Shown here: positions 1 to 12,451 of the stretch, in pieces | How the letters are laid out: every line of letters starts with the position of its first letter | Position numbering within the stretch: the stretch's first letter is position 1 | NCBI GenBank assembly: GCA_963789395.1 | Contig: CAWBKP010000011.1 | Coordinates: forward strand, 160,001-224,000 | Direction: 5' to 3' | DNA: 64,000 bases | Source: an uncultured delta proteobacterium | Lineage (GTDB): Bacteria > Desulfobacterota > Desulfobacteria > Desulfobacterales > Desulfatirhabdiaceae | Notes under the pieces: generated by a model | What the model was told of the DNA's origin: nothing | Databases searched by the model: none | Seen by the model: only the letters and a program-made list of their open reading frames with translations | Program-made: the position numbers and the translations under genes

Positions 1-280
1 CGCTTCCGGGTCTTGCCACAATCAGCGGCCCGCAACCGCGGCCGAGTGCGGCCCCGCTTTTTAAAAGCCAGTAGTTTGACCTGAGTTTCCCCATGGCCGC
101 AACGGAGAGCTTTGTGACGTCATAAACGCGATTTCGGGCGGCCTGATTCAGTGTCTCCACATCCGCAAGGGATATCTGAAACGATACATCCGGACATATG
201 ACACGGCCCTTTGCCAGCCCGTAAAAGCCGAAAGTATCATTGGGACAGGTGGAATAGGCCAGAGATAACCGGGTTGTCAT
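1..280 (-). CDS. mqnD: 1,4-dihydroxy-6-naphthoate synthase (futalosine menaquinone pathway), runs off the window edge
   Basis: Manual translation from the ATG at 280: MTTRLSLAYSTCPNDTFGFYGL...DVETLNQ...KLS...GAALGRGCGPLIV. CPNDTF, DVETLN and GAALGRGCGP are MqnD signatures; AAGGAG RBS upstream. Not in the ORF track. Confidence 0.9.
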   Translation of the reverse strand, partial: MTTRLSLAYSTCPNDTFGFYGLAKGRVICPDVSFQISLADVETLNQAARNRVYDVTKLSVAAMGKLRSNYWLLKSGAALGRGCGPLIVARPGS

Positions 281-1024
281 GGTGCTCCTTGATGAAAAAA
301 TCTATGATATCCGCTGCGGCCTCCCCTGCCCGTTGGCAAGCAAGCGAAAGGTTCCATTGGGACAAATCCCTTTTCCCCACCATATTGCTGGCGCAACGAA
401 TTTCCAGAAACGGCAAGTGGTAATAATGGGACAGAAAGGCAGCTGCCGCGCCTTCCATGGACTCCATGCAGGGCGAAAAAACCTTGAACAGAAAATCCGC
501 CCGTTCCTCTGATCCGGTGACCGTCGATCCGGTTATAAACGGCCCTCTGAATACCCCGATTCCGGTTGAGCCAAAAACCGTCCTCAGCCTAAAAAATGCT
601 GCCTCGACCACATCCGCGTTCAGGGGATAGTTCGCCTTATACGCCTTGCCGCCGGATTCCATAACGGGAAAAGGCAACTCCATCAAGGGCGCGTGATGCT
701 CTCCGGTTTCTATTCCAAGGTGAACATCCACCTCGGCCGTGGCCACGGCAATGTCCCCGATGGCCATACCAAACTGCCTGAATCCACCGCCGCAACCTGC
801 CTGAATCATCAGCAGGGGTCTTCGTATTCCACGCAGGCGGTAATGGCCTGAACCGTGTTGACAATTCCGGGACCGGTTACGACAATGTCTCAGCGGAATC
901 CCATCTCAACCGGCCGCAATGAACCGATCGGCCGCCGATCATACGACGGAGCGATGGCAATTGATGCGATCCAGAACCCCCTGTATCTCGGGCGCCACCG
1001 CCGCAACAACCAAAATGGAACCAT
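237..1024 (-). CDS. mqnB: futalosine hydrolase (PNP/MTAN fold), frameshifted
   Basis: Segments VTGPGIVN, IQAGCGG, ESMEGAA, EIRCASNMVGKRD; directly upstream of mqnD; N-terminus MVSILVVAAV lies in another frame. Confidence 0.8.
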
Positions 1025-1032
1025 ACGCCATT

Positions 1033-1699
1033 TCAGACCTTTTCAACCCCTTTTTGAATCAGTTGCACCAGATCTGCAATCCACGCCTGGATCCCTGCCA
1101 TATCCCCGTCAAAAAGCCCGAGACCGGCATCCATATGCGGAACAGCCTGGGCCTGAAGGAACCGGTCCATCACGGCATCCAGCATGAAGGCAGCCCGGTT
1201 CAGGTCCACGTGATCCGCCAACTCTCCCCTGTTGCCTTGCGTCTTCAAGCAGGGAGCGAATATACTCGAGACTGTACTGGCGCAGCGCCAGCAGCATGTC
1301 ATTGCGGAAAGGAATGGTGTCGTCCGTCAAAAGCTGAAGGTAAAGCCGGTAGAGCAGCGGATGCTTTCGAATGAACCATGCGCCCGCCAGGAGCGTATCA
1401 TTGAGACGTGAAGGCAGGTCTTTCCGGCGGGAATTGTCCCGCACATCCCGGAGATTGTCCTTGACCCTTTCAAGGGCGCGGGAGAATACAAACCGGAACA
1501 GCCCGTCCTTGGTTCCAAAATACTGAAACAGAGAGCCCTTGGCGATACCCAGGCGGCCCACGATGCTGTTGATGCTGGCGCCGGCATACCCCTTCTGGCT
1601 GAATTCTTCCGAAGCGACAGAGAGAATGCGCTCTTTTTTTTCTTCCGGTAGGTTATGAAACCGTTCTGCCGCGGTCACAACTATCCTTCCTTTTGACAA
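1033..1699 (-). CDS. TetR/AcrR family transcriptional regulator, frameshifted near the C-terminus
   Basis: ILSVASEEFSQKGYAGASINSIVGRLGIAKGSLFQYFGTKDGLF helix-turn-helix; C-terminus continues in ORF 1033..1302. Confidence 0.88.
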
Positions 1700-1787
1700 T
1701 CAACAATGAGACGACTGTCTGAAATAAAAAAACCCGCTCTCCATCACAGTAATAAACTGCAAACAGATGCGGGTTATCAATTTCAAG

Positions 1788-1874
1788 TGGTGCCGAAGGG
1801 GAGACTCGAACTCCCACCGGAGTACTCCGACTAGACCCTGAACCTAGCGCGTCTACCAGTTCCGCCACTTCGGC
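1788..1874 (-). tRNA. tRNA-Leu(CAG), 87 nt, long variable arm, CCA encoded
   Basis: Reverse complement GCCGAAGTGGCGGAACTGGTAGACGCGCTAGGTTCAGGGTCTAG...GGGAGTTCGAGTCTCCCCTTCGGCACCA folds as a cloverleaf with anticodon CAG. Confidence 0.97.
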
Positions 1875-1974
1875 AAATCGAACATCAAATAGATTGATTT
1901 AATGTTCGATTTGGTCTAAATAGATTTTTTTTATGTGCATGTCAAGTTAATTGTTTTTCAGGATACGATTTTTC

Positions 1975-2916
<942 letters not shown>

Positions 2917-2921
2917 CTTAA

Positions 2922-3995
2922 ATGAAAAAAACCGCGTCGTTGTCCCTTTTCATCGGACTGGCCATTTCCATTGCCGCCCTGTACCTGGCATTCAGACAGG
3001 TCCCCTTCAGCGACCTGATGGCCTACCTGAAATCCATCAATTATCTCTGGATTATTCCGACGATATTGCTGGCTCTGACCGGATTCATGCTAAGGGTATA
3101 TCGCTGGCAGTTGATTCTGGGATCTTCGCAGCCACGTTGGTTTCTGGCAGGCCTTTCATCCCCTGATGATCGGATTCATGCTGAACTGCATTCTTCCGGG
3201 AAGGGTGGGCGAAGTCGCCAGGCCGGTCATTCTGCAGCAGAAAGAACAGGTTCCGTTTTCGACAGGTCTGGCAACCGTTGCCGCGGAGCGAACCTTTGAC
3301 GCCATGATTCTGCTGCTGCTTTTTTCATGGATGCTCACGGTGGTTCAGATTGATCCGGTGATGGAAATCCACTTCGGCGGTTATGTTCTCAACAAAACCC
3401 TCCTGCATCAGCGCGCGCAAAGGCATCATGCGCCTGAGCCTGCTGCTTTTGGCCGGTATCGTGCTGGTGGCGCTGGAATCCAGCCGGAACTGGATGAACC
3501 GGCTGTTTCTCTGGATTCCAAAGCTTTTTTTTTTCACCAGCCAGGCCTTTCAGGAACTGGTTTACCAGCGCGTCAGCCTGGTCCTGGTCCGGTTCACGCT
3601 GAGTTTTTCCAGAGGGTTTCTGCTGCATTAAGGAACCCTGGAAAATGGCCGGATGTTTTGCTCTTTCGCTCTTGATCTGGGGGTTGAATGTTTTATCTTA
3701 TTATACAATGACCCTGGGTGCTCCTGGCATTGAGTTGTCTTTTGCCGAGCTTTCCGTGGTCATGGTCATCGTCTGCCTGTTTATCTCGATTCCTTCCGCA
3801 CCAGGATTCTGGGGAATCTGGGAGGCGGGCGGCGTGTTTGCCCTGGCCCTTTTTGGCGTATCCGCCAAGGATGCGGCCGGATTTACCCTGGCCAATCATG
3901 CGGTCCAGATGCTGCCGGTGATCGTGGTCGGCATGGGATCGGCGATTGTGACAGGCGTGAATGTCTGGAAGATTTCCCGTGAAGTCGAAAGTTAG
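2922..3995 (+). CDS. lysylphosphatidylglycerol synthase TM-domain (flippase-like, UPF0104) membrane protein, frameshifted
   Basis: RVYRWQ, NCILPGRVGEVAR, AERTFD, PSAPGFWGIWE motifs; many TM segments. Confidence 0.8.
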
Positions 3996-4072
3996 GGGCG
4001 GATGAAGCGTCAGTACCCCGCTTGCAATGGTCAGGAATAATCGCTGACCACCAATTCAGTTGAGACATTTTT

Positions 4073-4582
4073 ATGGCAATACTTGAAATATTGGAATATC
4101 CGGACGGTTTTCTGAGCAAACCCGTCCTTCCGGTAACCGATATCAACGGCGATCTTCAGCAGAAGATCGATGACATGGCGCAGACCATGTATCATGCGCC
4201 GGGCGTCGGACTGGCCGCCTCCCAGGTGGGGATTAACCAGTGCTTTCTGGTGTACGACGTATCCCCCCGGGATGATAAGCGCGCGCTTCATGTCCTGATC
4301 AACCCGAGAATCGTCTGTCAGGAAGGCGAAATTCTTTCCGAAAATGAAGGCTGCCTGAGCGTTCCGGATTACCGGTCCGACGTTGTCCGCTTTTCGCAGA
4401 TTCAGGTGGAAGGCGTGGATCGGGACGGAAATCCGCTTTCCTTTGAGGCGGAAGGCTATCTGGCCATTGTATTGCAGCATGAAATCGATCATTTGCAGGG
4501 AGTCCTGTTTATTGATCGCATCAGCGCGCTCAAACGCAATCTTTATAAAAAACGCATCAAAAAGCGACTGAAACAATCATGA
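4073..4582 (+). CDS. def: peptide deformylase
   Basis: GVGLAASQVG, EGCLSVP, QHEIDHLQG. Confidence 0.97.
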   Translation: MAILEILEYPDGFLSKPVLPVTDINGDLQQKIDDMAQTMYHAPGVGLAASQVGINQCFLVYDVSPRDDKRALHVLINPRIVCQEGEILSENEGCLSVPDYRSDVVRFSQIQVEGVDRDGNPLSFEAEGYLAIVLQHEIDHLQGVLFIDRISALKRNLYKKRIKKRLKQS

Positions 4583-5539
4583 TGGCCTGTAACAATGCTC
4601 TTCTTATCGCATCGTGTTCATGGGCACACCCGATTTCGCGGTTCCGGCGCTTAAAAGCCTTTGCAGCAGCGGGCACAGGGTTCTGCAGGTGGTTACCCAG
4701 CCGGACCGGCCCAAGGGACGCGGAAAGACGGTTGTTTTTCCGCCGGTCAAAGCGGCTGCGCTGGATCTGGGATGTTCCGCTCATCCAGCCCCAGTCGGTC
4801 CGGACTCAGGATTTCTGCGATGCGATGACCGCGCCTTGAGCCCGATCTATTGGTGGTCGTGGCCTATGGTCATGTCCTGCCCCAGCGGATACTGGCGATT
4901 CCGAAACTGGGGGCCGTCAACATTCACGCATCCCTGCTTCCCAGATACCGGGGTCCTGCGCCCATTCAATGGGCCGTCATCAATCGGGAAATAGAGACCG
5001 GCGTTACGCTGATGCTGATGGATAAAGGACTGGATACGGGAGATATCCTGTCGTCGGCATCGGTTCCGATTCTCCCTGATGACACATCCGGATCCCTGCA
5101 TGACCGGCTCGCCTTGCTGGGAGCGGATCTATTGATTCAGACCCTGAACTATTATGAAGTGCACCGGAAAAATGCAACCCCCCAGGTCCATGAACAGGCC
5201 AGCTATGCCCCGCTTTTGAAAAAAGAAGACGGGCATCTGGACTGGCGGCAGACCGCCGATGAACTGGAAGCGCGCATCCGGGGACTGACGCCGTGGCCCG
5301 GCGCATATTGTTTTTATAATGGAAAGCGGATCAAGATATACCGGGCATGCCCAAAAATCCATTGTGACGCATGGAGCCTCCCGGCACGGTCTTGAAAGGG
5401 ATTTTCAAATGAGCTGACCGTGGCGACCGGCAAGGATGCGCTGGTCATACAGGAGCTTCAAGGCGATTCCGGAAAACGCCTTTCGGCTCAGGATTTTCTG
5501 CGAGGCCACCCCATTTTGCCGGGAGCCGTACTGACATAA
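4579..5539 (+). CDS. fmt: methionyl-tRNA formyltransferase, frameshifted; start approximate
   Basis: [45 protein letters not shown]; follows def. Confidence 0.92.
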
Positions 5540-5574
5540 GCATTTTTTCAACCGTTCCTGACCCAAGAGGTTTC

Positions 5575-6939
5575 ATGCCGCCCAATTCCCGTCTGATTTC
5601 CTTAAGCGTTCTCAATGAAGTGGACCAGGACAAACAAACCCTGGACCATCTTCTGGACGCCACGTTTACGCGAATCGGAAATCTGCCGCAGCGGGAGAAA
5701 AATCTTACCTTTACAATCGTTTATGGGGTATTGCGCCATCGAAAACGCCTGGATTGGATTCTTGGCCATTTTTCCAGGACCGGACTGAACAAACTGGATC
5801 CGGAAGTGCTCAACATCCTCAGAATCGGCCTTTTTCAGATGGTCTATCTCACCCGCATCCCTGTGTCCGCTGCCGTCAATACCGCCGTTGATCTGGCCAA
5901 AACCCTTAAAAAACCGTGGCTGGCAAAATTCGTCAACGCCGTTTTGCGCGCTGCCGCCAGAGAATATCCGGCAGCTGTCCCCTCCGGATATGGAAAAAGA
6001 TCCGGTTTCGGCGGTTTCCATTGAAAAATCCATGCCCCGAGTGGCTGATCAGCCGATGGATTCCCCGATTCGGCCTATCCCAGACCCTTTTACTCTGCGA
6101 TATCATCAATACCATTCCGCCCCTTACCCTTCGGGTCAACACCCTTAAAACAACCCGAAGCGCCCTTCTGGAATCCGGGAGCCTTCATGCCCGCCGCATG
6201 GAACCGACTGCCTATGGTCCGGATGGCGTCCGGCTGGATCATCCGCAAGATCCGGTCGCCTACAATGGCAGGATTCAGGGAAGGTTTTTTTCAGGTTCAG
6301 GACGAAGCGGCCCAGCTTGTCACGCTGCTTCTGGACCCCCGGCCCGGAGAAACCGTGATGGATGCCTGCGCCGGCATGGGCGGGAAAACCGGTCACATTG
6401 CCCAGCGAGATGAAAAATACGGGAAAGATTCTGGCTCTGGACATCAGCCCGGACAAGCTTGAAAAAATTGCATCCGGAAATGCGCCGCCTGGGAATATCC
6501 ATCGTGGAAACCCGGGTGCATGACCTCAGCCGGCCCCTCGAACCCCGACTGGATCGGAAAATATGACCGGGTGCTTCTGGATGCCCCCTGCTCGGGCCTT
6601 GGCGTTCTTCGCCGCAATCCGGACATCAAATGGCGGGCTTCGCCGGATCGGCTGGAGCACTGCCAGGTCCGGCAGATCGCTTTTCTGGATCAGGTATCGC
6701 AGTTTGTCAAACCTTCCGGCGTTCTGGTCTATGCGGTCTGCAGCATGGAGCCCGAAGAAAATGAAGCCGTGGCGGCCGCGTTTTTGCGCGATCATCCGGC
6801 ATTTTCCGTTGAAAATAACCCTGCCGGACTGCCCCCGCAAATCCGTTCTCTGATGAATCCCGAAGGACATCTGAGAACTTTTCCGCATCTTCACGACATG
6901 GACGGTTTTTTCGCCGTCCGTTTCAGAAGAAGCGCTTGA
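5575..6939 (+). CDS. rsmB: 16S rRNA m5C967 methyltransferase (Sun), frameshifted
   Basis: NusB-like N-terminus (FVNAVLR), [33 protein letters not shown]; def-fmt-rsmB order. Confidence 0.92.
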
Positions 6940-6956
6940 TTCATGGAGAAAATATA

Positions 6957-7968
6957 ATGACAATTTTGGTTACCGGCGGCGCCGGTTATATCGGCAGTCA
7001 TGCCTGCGTGGAACTTCTGGCCGCCGGCTATCCGGTGGTTGTGGTGGATAACCTGTCCAACAGCAAGGTGGAATCCCTGAGACGGGTTCAGCGCATTGCC
7101 GGAAAATCGCTGGCGTTTCATCAGGTGGATCTGAGAGACAAAGCCGCGCTCTCCGCCGTCTTTGACGCAAACGATATTCGAGGCCGTGATTCACTTTGCC
7201 GGCTTTAAAGCCGTGGGGGAATCCGTTACGTTTCCGCTTCGCTATTATCAGAACAATATCACGGGAACCCTTGTCCTGTGCGAAGTCATGAAGCGCCATC
7301 AGGTCAAGAATCTGGTGTTCAGCTCATCCTGCACGGTATACGGAGATCCGCACCGCGTTCCGGTCACCGAGGATTTCCCCCTTCATGCCACCAACCCTTA
7401 CGGTCGCACCAAGTTGATGATCGAGGAAATCCTGAAGGACATTTACGTCTCGGATCCTGCCTGGAATATCGCCCTGCTCCGCTATTTCAATCCGGTAGGC
7501 GCGCACGAAAGCGGACAGATCGGCGAAGATCCCAACGGCATCCCCAGCAACCTCCTGCCCTATATCTCGCAGGTGGGGGTGGGAAAGCTGAAGGAGCTTC
7601 AAGTATTTGGAAATGACTACCCGACACCGGACGGCACCGGTGTCCGGGATTTCATTCATGTGGTGGATCTGGCTGCCGGCCACATTCATGCGCTGAACAA
7701 GCTTGCCGGAAATCCGGGAATCGTCACCTTCAACCTGGGCACCGGAAAGGGCTACAGCGTCCTGGAAATGGTCACGGCCTTTGAAACCGCCAGCGGCAGG
7801 CGCATTCCCTACCGGATCGTGGCGCGCAGACCCGGGGATGTGGCCAGCAGCTATGCGGATCCTTCCAAGGCGCAAAGGGAAATGGGCTGGACCGCCCGGC
7901 GATTTCTGGACGATATCTGCCGGGATGCCTGGAGATGGCAGTCTCAAAACCCGAACGGATACGATTGA
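6957..7968 (+). CDS. galE: UDP-glucose 4-epimerase, frameshifted
   Basis: [48 protein letters not shown]. Confidence 0.95.
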
Positions 7969-8117
7969 GCTATTGGGTTTGTGTTGACACCCGATTCGTG
8001 AATGGATATTACGTCTGAATAGAAATCAGACTTCCAATCAAAATCCTAAATGCTAGAATTCGAATTTACGCTGCTACAATTTCATTTCATTTATTTATTT
8101 TAGAGGATGTTTCGTTT

Positions 8118-8450
8118 ATGACAGGTGAAAATGATATCGTTTTAATCCATTTTGAAGACAAGCCCCTGGTTTTTGCCAGAATAGAGGACATTACAGAGGA
8201 TTACAAACCCGGCTGGAATCACGTCAAGCTGCTTCTTCTGCAGGTTCCGCTTCAAACCGTTACCTGGATTCTGAGAAACGCCTATATCGATGGCGATCCG
8301 TTTACGATGGATGGGAAAAAAGTGCGGCTCGAAAAAATAATCTGCCCGGAAGATCCCGAGGAAAAAATTCCCGATACCGAAGCCGCAACTGAATCCAAAC
8401 CCGCACCCGGAACCAAGGTCATCTCGTTTTCCGATTTCAGAAAAAAATGA
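8118..8450 (+). CDS. hypothetical protein
   Basis: 110-aa ORF with GAGG RBS, collinear with downstream genes; no motif recognised. Confidence 0.7.
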   Translation: MTGENDIVLIHFEDKPLVFARIEDITEDYKPGWNHVKLLLLQVPLQTVTWILRNAYIDGDPFTMDGKKVRLEKIICPEDPEEKIPDTEAATESKPAPGTKVISFSDFRKK

Positions 8451-8468
8451 AACAAGGGAGGTGTTCAC

Positions 8469-8954
8469 ATGGAACTCAAAACCGTAGCAATCGAAAACCC
8501 CGATGGACTCAACCTGATACTGGGTCAGTCCCATTTCATCAAAACCGTTGAAGACATTCATGAAGCCATGGTGAATGCCGTGCCCATGGCCAAATTCGGA
8601 CTGGCTTTTTGTGAAGCCTCGGACGTCTGCCTGGTCAGATATTCCGGCACGGATGACGCGTTGACCGCGCTGGCTCAAAAAAATGCGCTCAGCCTTGCCG
8701 CGGGCCACAGCTTCATTCTCTTTATGAAAGATCTCTTTCCGGTCAATGTCCTGAACGCCATCAAGAACGTTCCGGAAGTGTGCCGCATTTTTTGCGCAAC
8801 CGCCAATCCGGTTGAGGTGATTGTTGCGGAAACCGCGCAGGGAAGAGGGATTTTAGGGGTCATCGACGGGTTTGCCTCAAAAGGCATCGAAACCGCCGAT
8901 GACATTCACCATCGCAAGGATCTTCTTCGAAGATTCGGGTATAAACTCGGATGA
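8469..8954 (+). CDS. adenosine-specific kinase family protein (DUF355)
   Basis: NLILGQSHFIKTVED, FGLAFCEAS, EVCRIFCATANP, GRGILGVIDG. Confidence 0.85.
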   Translation: MELKTVAIENPDGLNLILGQSHFIKTVEDIHEAMVNAVPMAKFGLAFCEASDVCLVRYSGTDDALTALAQKNALSLAAGHSFILFMKDLFPVNVLNAIKNVPEVCRIFCATANPVEVIVAETAQGRGILGVIDGFASKGIETADDIHHRKDLLRRFGYKLG

Positions 8955-11381
8955 CCGCCGAATTGACCCCTGAAGAGCTGCGGGGCGTCTGCAGCGTTGA
9001 CCAGTTTCAGTTTGCCGACACTTCCGAACTGGATCCACTGGATGAGGTCATCGGCCAGGAACGGGCGGTTCAGGCAATCGATTTTGGTCTGAACATGAAG
9101 AGCCCCGGGTACAATATCTTTGTTACCGGCATCGCGGGCACGGGCAAATCGACCATCGTCAAGGAAATTATCGGCAAATTCGCCGCAGAGCTTCCGGCGC
9201 CCGATGACTGGTGCATGGTCAATAATTTCAAGGATGAATACTGCCCCAAGGCCCTCAGGGTTCCTTCGGGAAAGGCGGTTTTGTTCAGCAAATCCATTCA
9301 CCGGCTGATTGACGATTTAAAGACGGAACTTCCAAAGACATTTGAAAGCAAGCTGGCACAGGACCGCATTTCGGAAATTCAGAACGCGTTTGTGGATCAG
9401 CAGAAAGCCCTGCTGGAAAAAGTCGAAGTATCCGCGGAGCAGAAACAGATCCGGATCAGCCGGGACGACTCCGGATATCAGCCCGTTCCTTACAGGAATG
9501 GCAAACCGGTCTCGGCAGAGGAATTCGAGGCCTTTTCTCTGGAAATGCAGTCCGAAATCGAAGAAAACCTCCGAAAGATTCAAATCGAGCTTGAAGCCGC
9601 GCTTCGGGAAATCAACAAGCTGAACCAGATCATCAATGACCGGGTGGAAGCCTACATGGAAGAGGTCACGCGCCGGCTGCTTCAGGACCGGCTCAAGCCC
9701 CTTCAGGACCCGTACATCGGCTATGAAGACATTCTTTCCTTTCTTCAGGCCCTTGAAGACGATGTGGTAGAAAACCTGGACCGTTTTGTGACCCTGCCCG
9801 ACGGGAAAAGGACATGTCCGGACGATGCCGAATCCAATCATGAAGCCGCTCCTTTTTTTCATCGATACCGCGTCAATATCCTGGTTGAGCAGAAATCGGA
9901 GAAAGGCGCGCCGGTTATTTTCGAAACCAACCCCACTTACTCAAATGTCATCGGCCGCATCGAAAAACGCGCTTACATGGGCGCCGTTACAACGGATTTT
10001 ACCCTGGTGCAGGCCGGCGCGCTGCTGAAAGCCTGCGGCGGATATCTGATGATGGAGATTGAGCCGCTTCTGTTGAACCCTTATGTCTGGGAAGCCCTGA
10101 AACGCTCGCTTCAGAACAAATCTCTGGCCATCGAAGATGTGCCGTCGGATGCGGGGTCTCAATCGGCATCGCTTCGCCCGGAATTGATTCCGCTGGAGGT
10201 AAAGGTCATCCTGCTCGGCAACTATGAGATGTTTGAATCGCTTCAGAATTTTGATTCCAAATTCAACAAGATCTTCCGGGTCCGGGCGGATTTTGATGAT
10301 GAGGTGGCCCTGAATGCCGATGCCGTCCAGAAATATGCCCGGTTTATCGCAAGGGTCTGCAAGGCTGAAAAACTGCTTCCGTTTACGCCGGATGCGGTTG
10401 CGGCAGTCGTCGAATACGGCAAGCAATCCATAGAAGATAAAAACCGGCTTTCGCTGCGCTTTGGCCCGATTGTGGCGCTTCTGAAGGAAGCGGACTACTG
10501 GGCGCAAAAAGACCGATCCCAGCGCGTTACCGCCGGTTATGTGTCCCAGGCCCTGAATGAATACCGGTTCCGCTATAACCTCTACGAAGAAAAGATTCAT
10601 GAATCCTATATGGATGGCACGGTTCTTCTGGATGTTGCCGGTTCGGTTGCCGGTCAGGTCAATGCGCTGGCCGTGTATCAGATCGGCGATATCTCCTTTG
10701 GCCGCCCTTCCCGAATCACGGCCGAAACCTTCATGGGAAAACCCGGCGTCATCAATATCGAAAGAGAGACCCATTTAAGCGGAAATACCCACGACAAGGG
10801 GGTCCTGATCCTGTCGGGATATCTGGGGAAAACCTTTGCCCAGCTTTATCCCCTGAGCCTGACCATCAGCATTGCATTTGAACAGAACTACGGCGTGATC
10901 GACGGCGACAGCGCCATCATCCTCGGAACTCTATGCCGTTATTTCAAGTTTATCCGATGTTCCCATTTTTCAGGGCATCGCCGTGACCGGTTCGGTCAAC
11001 CAGAAGGGGGAAATTCAGGCCATCGGCGGCGTGAATGAAAAAATCGAAGGGTTTTACGATGTTTGCAAAACCCGGGGGCTGACCGGCCGGCAGGGCGTGA
11101 TGATTCCGGCTGCCAACGTGAAAAACCTGATGCTGAAGCAGGAAGTCGTGGAAGCGGTTCGACAAAATCTCTTTCATGTCTATCCGGTATCGACCATTTC
11201 CGAGGGAATGGAGATTTTAACCGGAATGCCCGCCGGAACAATGGATTCGAATGGCATTTATCCGGAAACAACCGTCTTTGGAAGGGTTCAGAAAAAACTG
11301 AAATCGTTTTTGAAACGATCCATGGAATTCAGCCATCCCCTGGGGGCACCGCATGCGCCGGTTTTTTATCCCGAGTCATAG
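8951..11381 (+). CDS. Lon-family ATP-dependent protease (LonB/LonC-like AAA domain plus S16 protease domain), frameshift near the catalytic Ser
   Basis: IGQERA, Walker A GIAGTGKS, GQVNALAV, IDGDSA, TGSVNQKGEIQAIGGVNEKIEGF (Ser-Lys dyad). Confidence 0.88.
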
Positions 11382-12243
11382 CCTTTCCGGCGATAGCCCG
11401 GTCATCACCGGCGATGACGCCGGCCATATCCGAAACGTTCTCAGGCTGAAACCCGGAGATGAGATCGAGCTGATTGACGGCACCGGCCTGGAATGCGATG
11501 CCCGGATTGTCCGCATGTCGTCCGGAAAAGTGGAGGTGTCGATCCTCCGGCGGCGCTTTTCGGAGTCCCGGTCCGCCCTTCGCCTGATTATCGCCCAGGC
11601 GATGTTAAAGGACAACAAGCCGGATGTCATTATCCGGCAGATTACAGAGATGGGCATCCACGAATGGGTTCCCTTTGCCGCGCACCGCTCGGTTCCGGTT
11701 CTGAATGCCCAACGAATCCGCACCCGCAAAGACCGATGGGAGAAAATCGCCATCGAAGCCCTCAAACAGTGCCGGCGCAGCAACCTCCTTAAAATATCCG
11801 ATCTGCTGACTTATGATGCAATGCTCGCTTACGGCCGGGATTGCGACATCAAACTGATATTCTGGGAAGATGAATCGCCTTCCAGACCGTTTGAATTGCC
11901 CGATGCGAATGCCGGTTCCGTTCAGAGCGTCATGGCGATTATCGGCCCCGAAGGCGGTTTTACCCCGGAAGAAATCGCCGCTGCCAGAGCCTGCGGGTAC
12001 ACGACCGTATCCCTGGGACCCCGTATTTTAAAAGCCGATACGGCAACCCTTGCCGTCAGCACCTTGCTGCAATACGGGTATGGCGACATGAGACCGTTGA
12101 AACCATCCGCCCTGCCCTTCCAATACGGAGAGTCAATAAGGAAATATTTCCTTTTATTTCAGAGCATCATGATTCAACCGAATTTATTGTTGACAAAACA
12201 TCCGCCATTCAATATAAATCATCGTGTTTGGAGGCCGAGGTAG
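11353..12243 (+). CDS. rsmE: 16S rRNA m3U1498 methyltransferase; 3' end probably over-extended
   Basis: HIRNVLRL, EALKQCRR, IGPEGGF, SLGPRILKADTA. Confidence 0.93.
   Translation: MRRFFIPSHSLSGDSPVITGDDAGHIRNVLRLKPGDEIELIDGTGLECDARIVRMSSGKVEVSILRRRFSESRSALRLIIAQAMLKDNKPDVIIRQITEMGIHEWVPFAAHRSVPVLNAQRIRTRKDRWEKIAIEALKQCRRSNLLKISDLLTYDAMLAYGRDCDIKLIFWEDESPSRPFELPDANAGSVQSVMAIIGPEGGFTPEEIAAARACGYTTVSLGPRILKADTATLAVSTLLQYGYGDMRPLKPSALPFQYGESIRKYFLLFQSIMIQPNLLLTKHPPFNINHRVWRPR
12190..12218 (+). promoter_or_regulatory. sigma70-type promoter of tRNA-Phe
   Basis: TTGACA-N17-TATAAA ending 15 bp before the tRNA. Confidence 0.7.
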
Positions 12244-12306
12244 CTCAGTCGGTAGAGCAGGGGACTGAAAATCCCCGTGTGGGCGGTTCGATTCCGTCCC
12301 TCGGCA
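12234..12306 (+). tRNA. tRNA-Phe(GAA), CCA not encoded
   Basis: GCCGAGGTAGCTCAGTCGGTAGAGCAGGGGACTGAAAATCCCCGTGTGGGCGGTTCGATTCCGTCCCTCGGCA cloverleaf, anticodon GAA. Confidence 0.97.
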
Positions 12307-12317
12307 CTTTAAAAATC

Positions 12318-12355
12318 AAGGGGTTACGGCTAAATGCTGTGACCCCTTTTTCTTT
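12318..12355 (+). terminator. intrinsic terminator after tRNA-Phe
   Basis: AAGGGGTTAC...GTGACCCCTT stem followed by a T-rich tract. Confidence 0.65.
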
Positions 12356-12451
12356 GGAAAGCCAATCTGTCATAAATTTTTATCCAGTGGGAAGAGACTA
12401 TCCGAGCCGAAACAGCACAAAAAGACAACTTCAAGCTATTCCCGGAGTGAA

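Noticed and set aside
1653..1868. ORFs overlapping the tRNAs (1653..1868 and 12228..12455)
   Set aside because: They are translations of tRNA sequence
1874..1913. 12-bp inverted repeat in the tRNA-Leu leader / ribF upstream region
   Set aside because: Real but single-copy, too short for an FMN riboswitch, and no function can be supported
10900..10990. Programmed frameshift at the Lon catalytic Ser
   Set aside because: No slippery site evident; indistinguishable from the many other indels
12100..12243. RsmE C-terminal extension running through the tRNA-Phe promoter
   Set aside because: More likely a stop lost to an indel than a real overlap, given the error rate in this window
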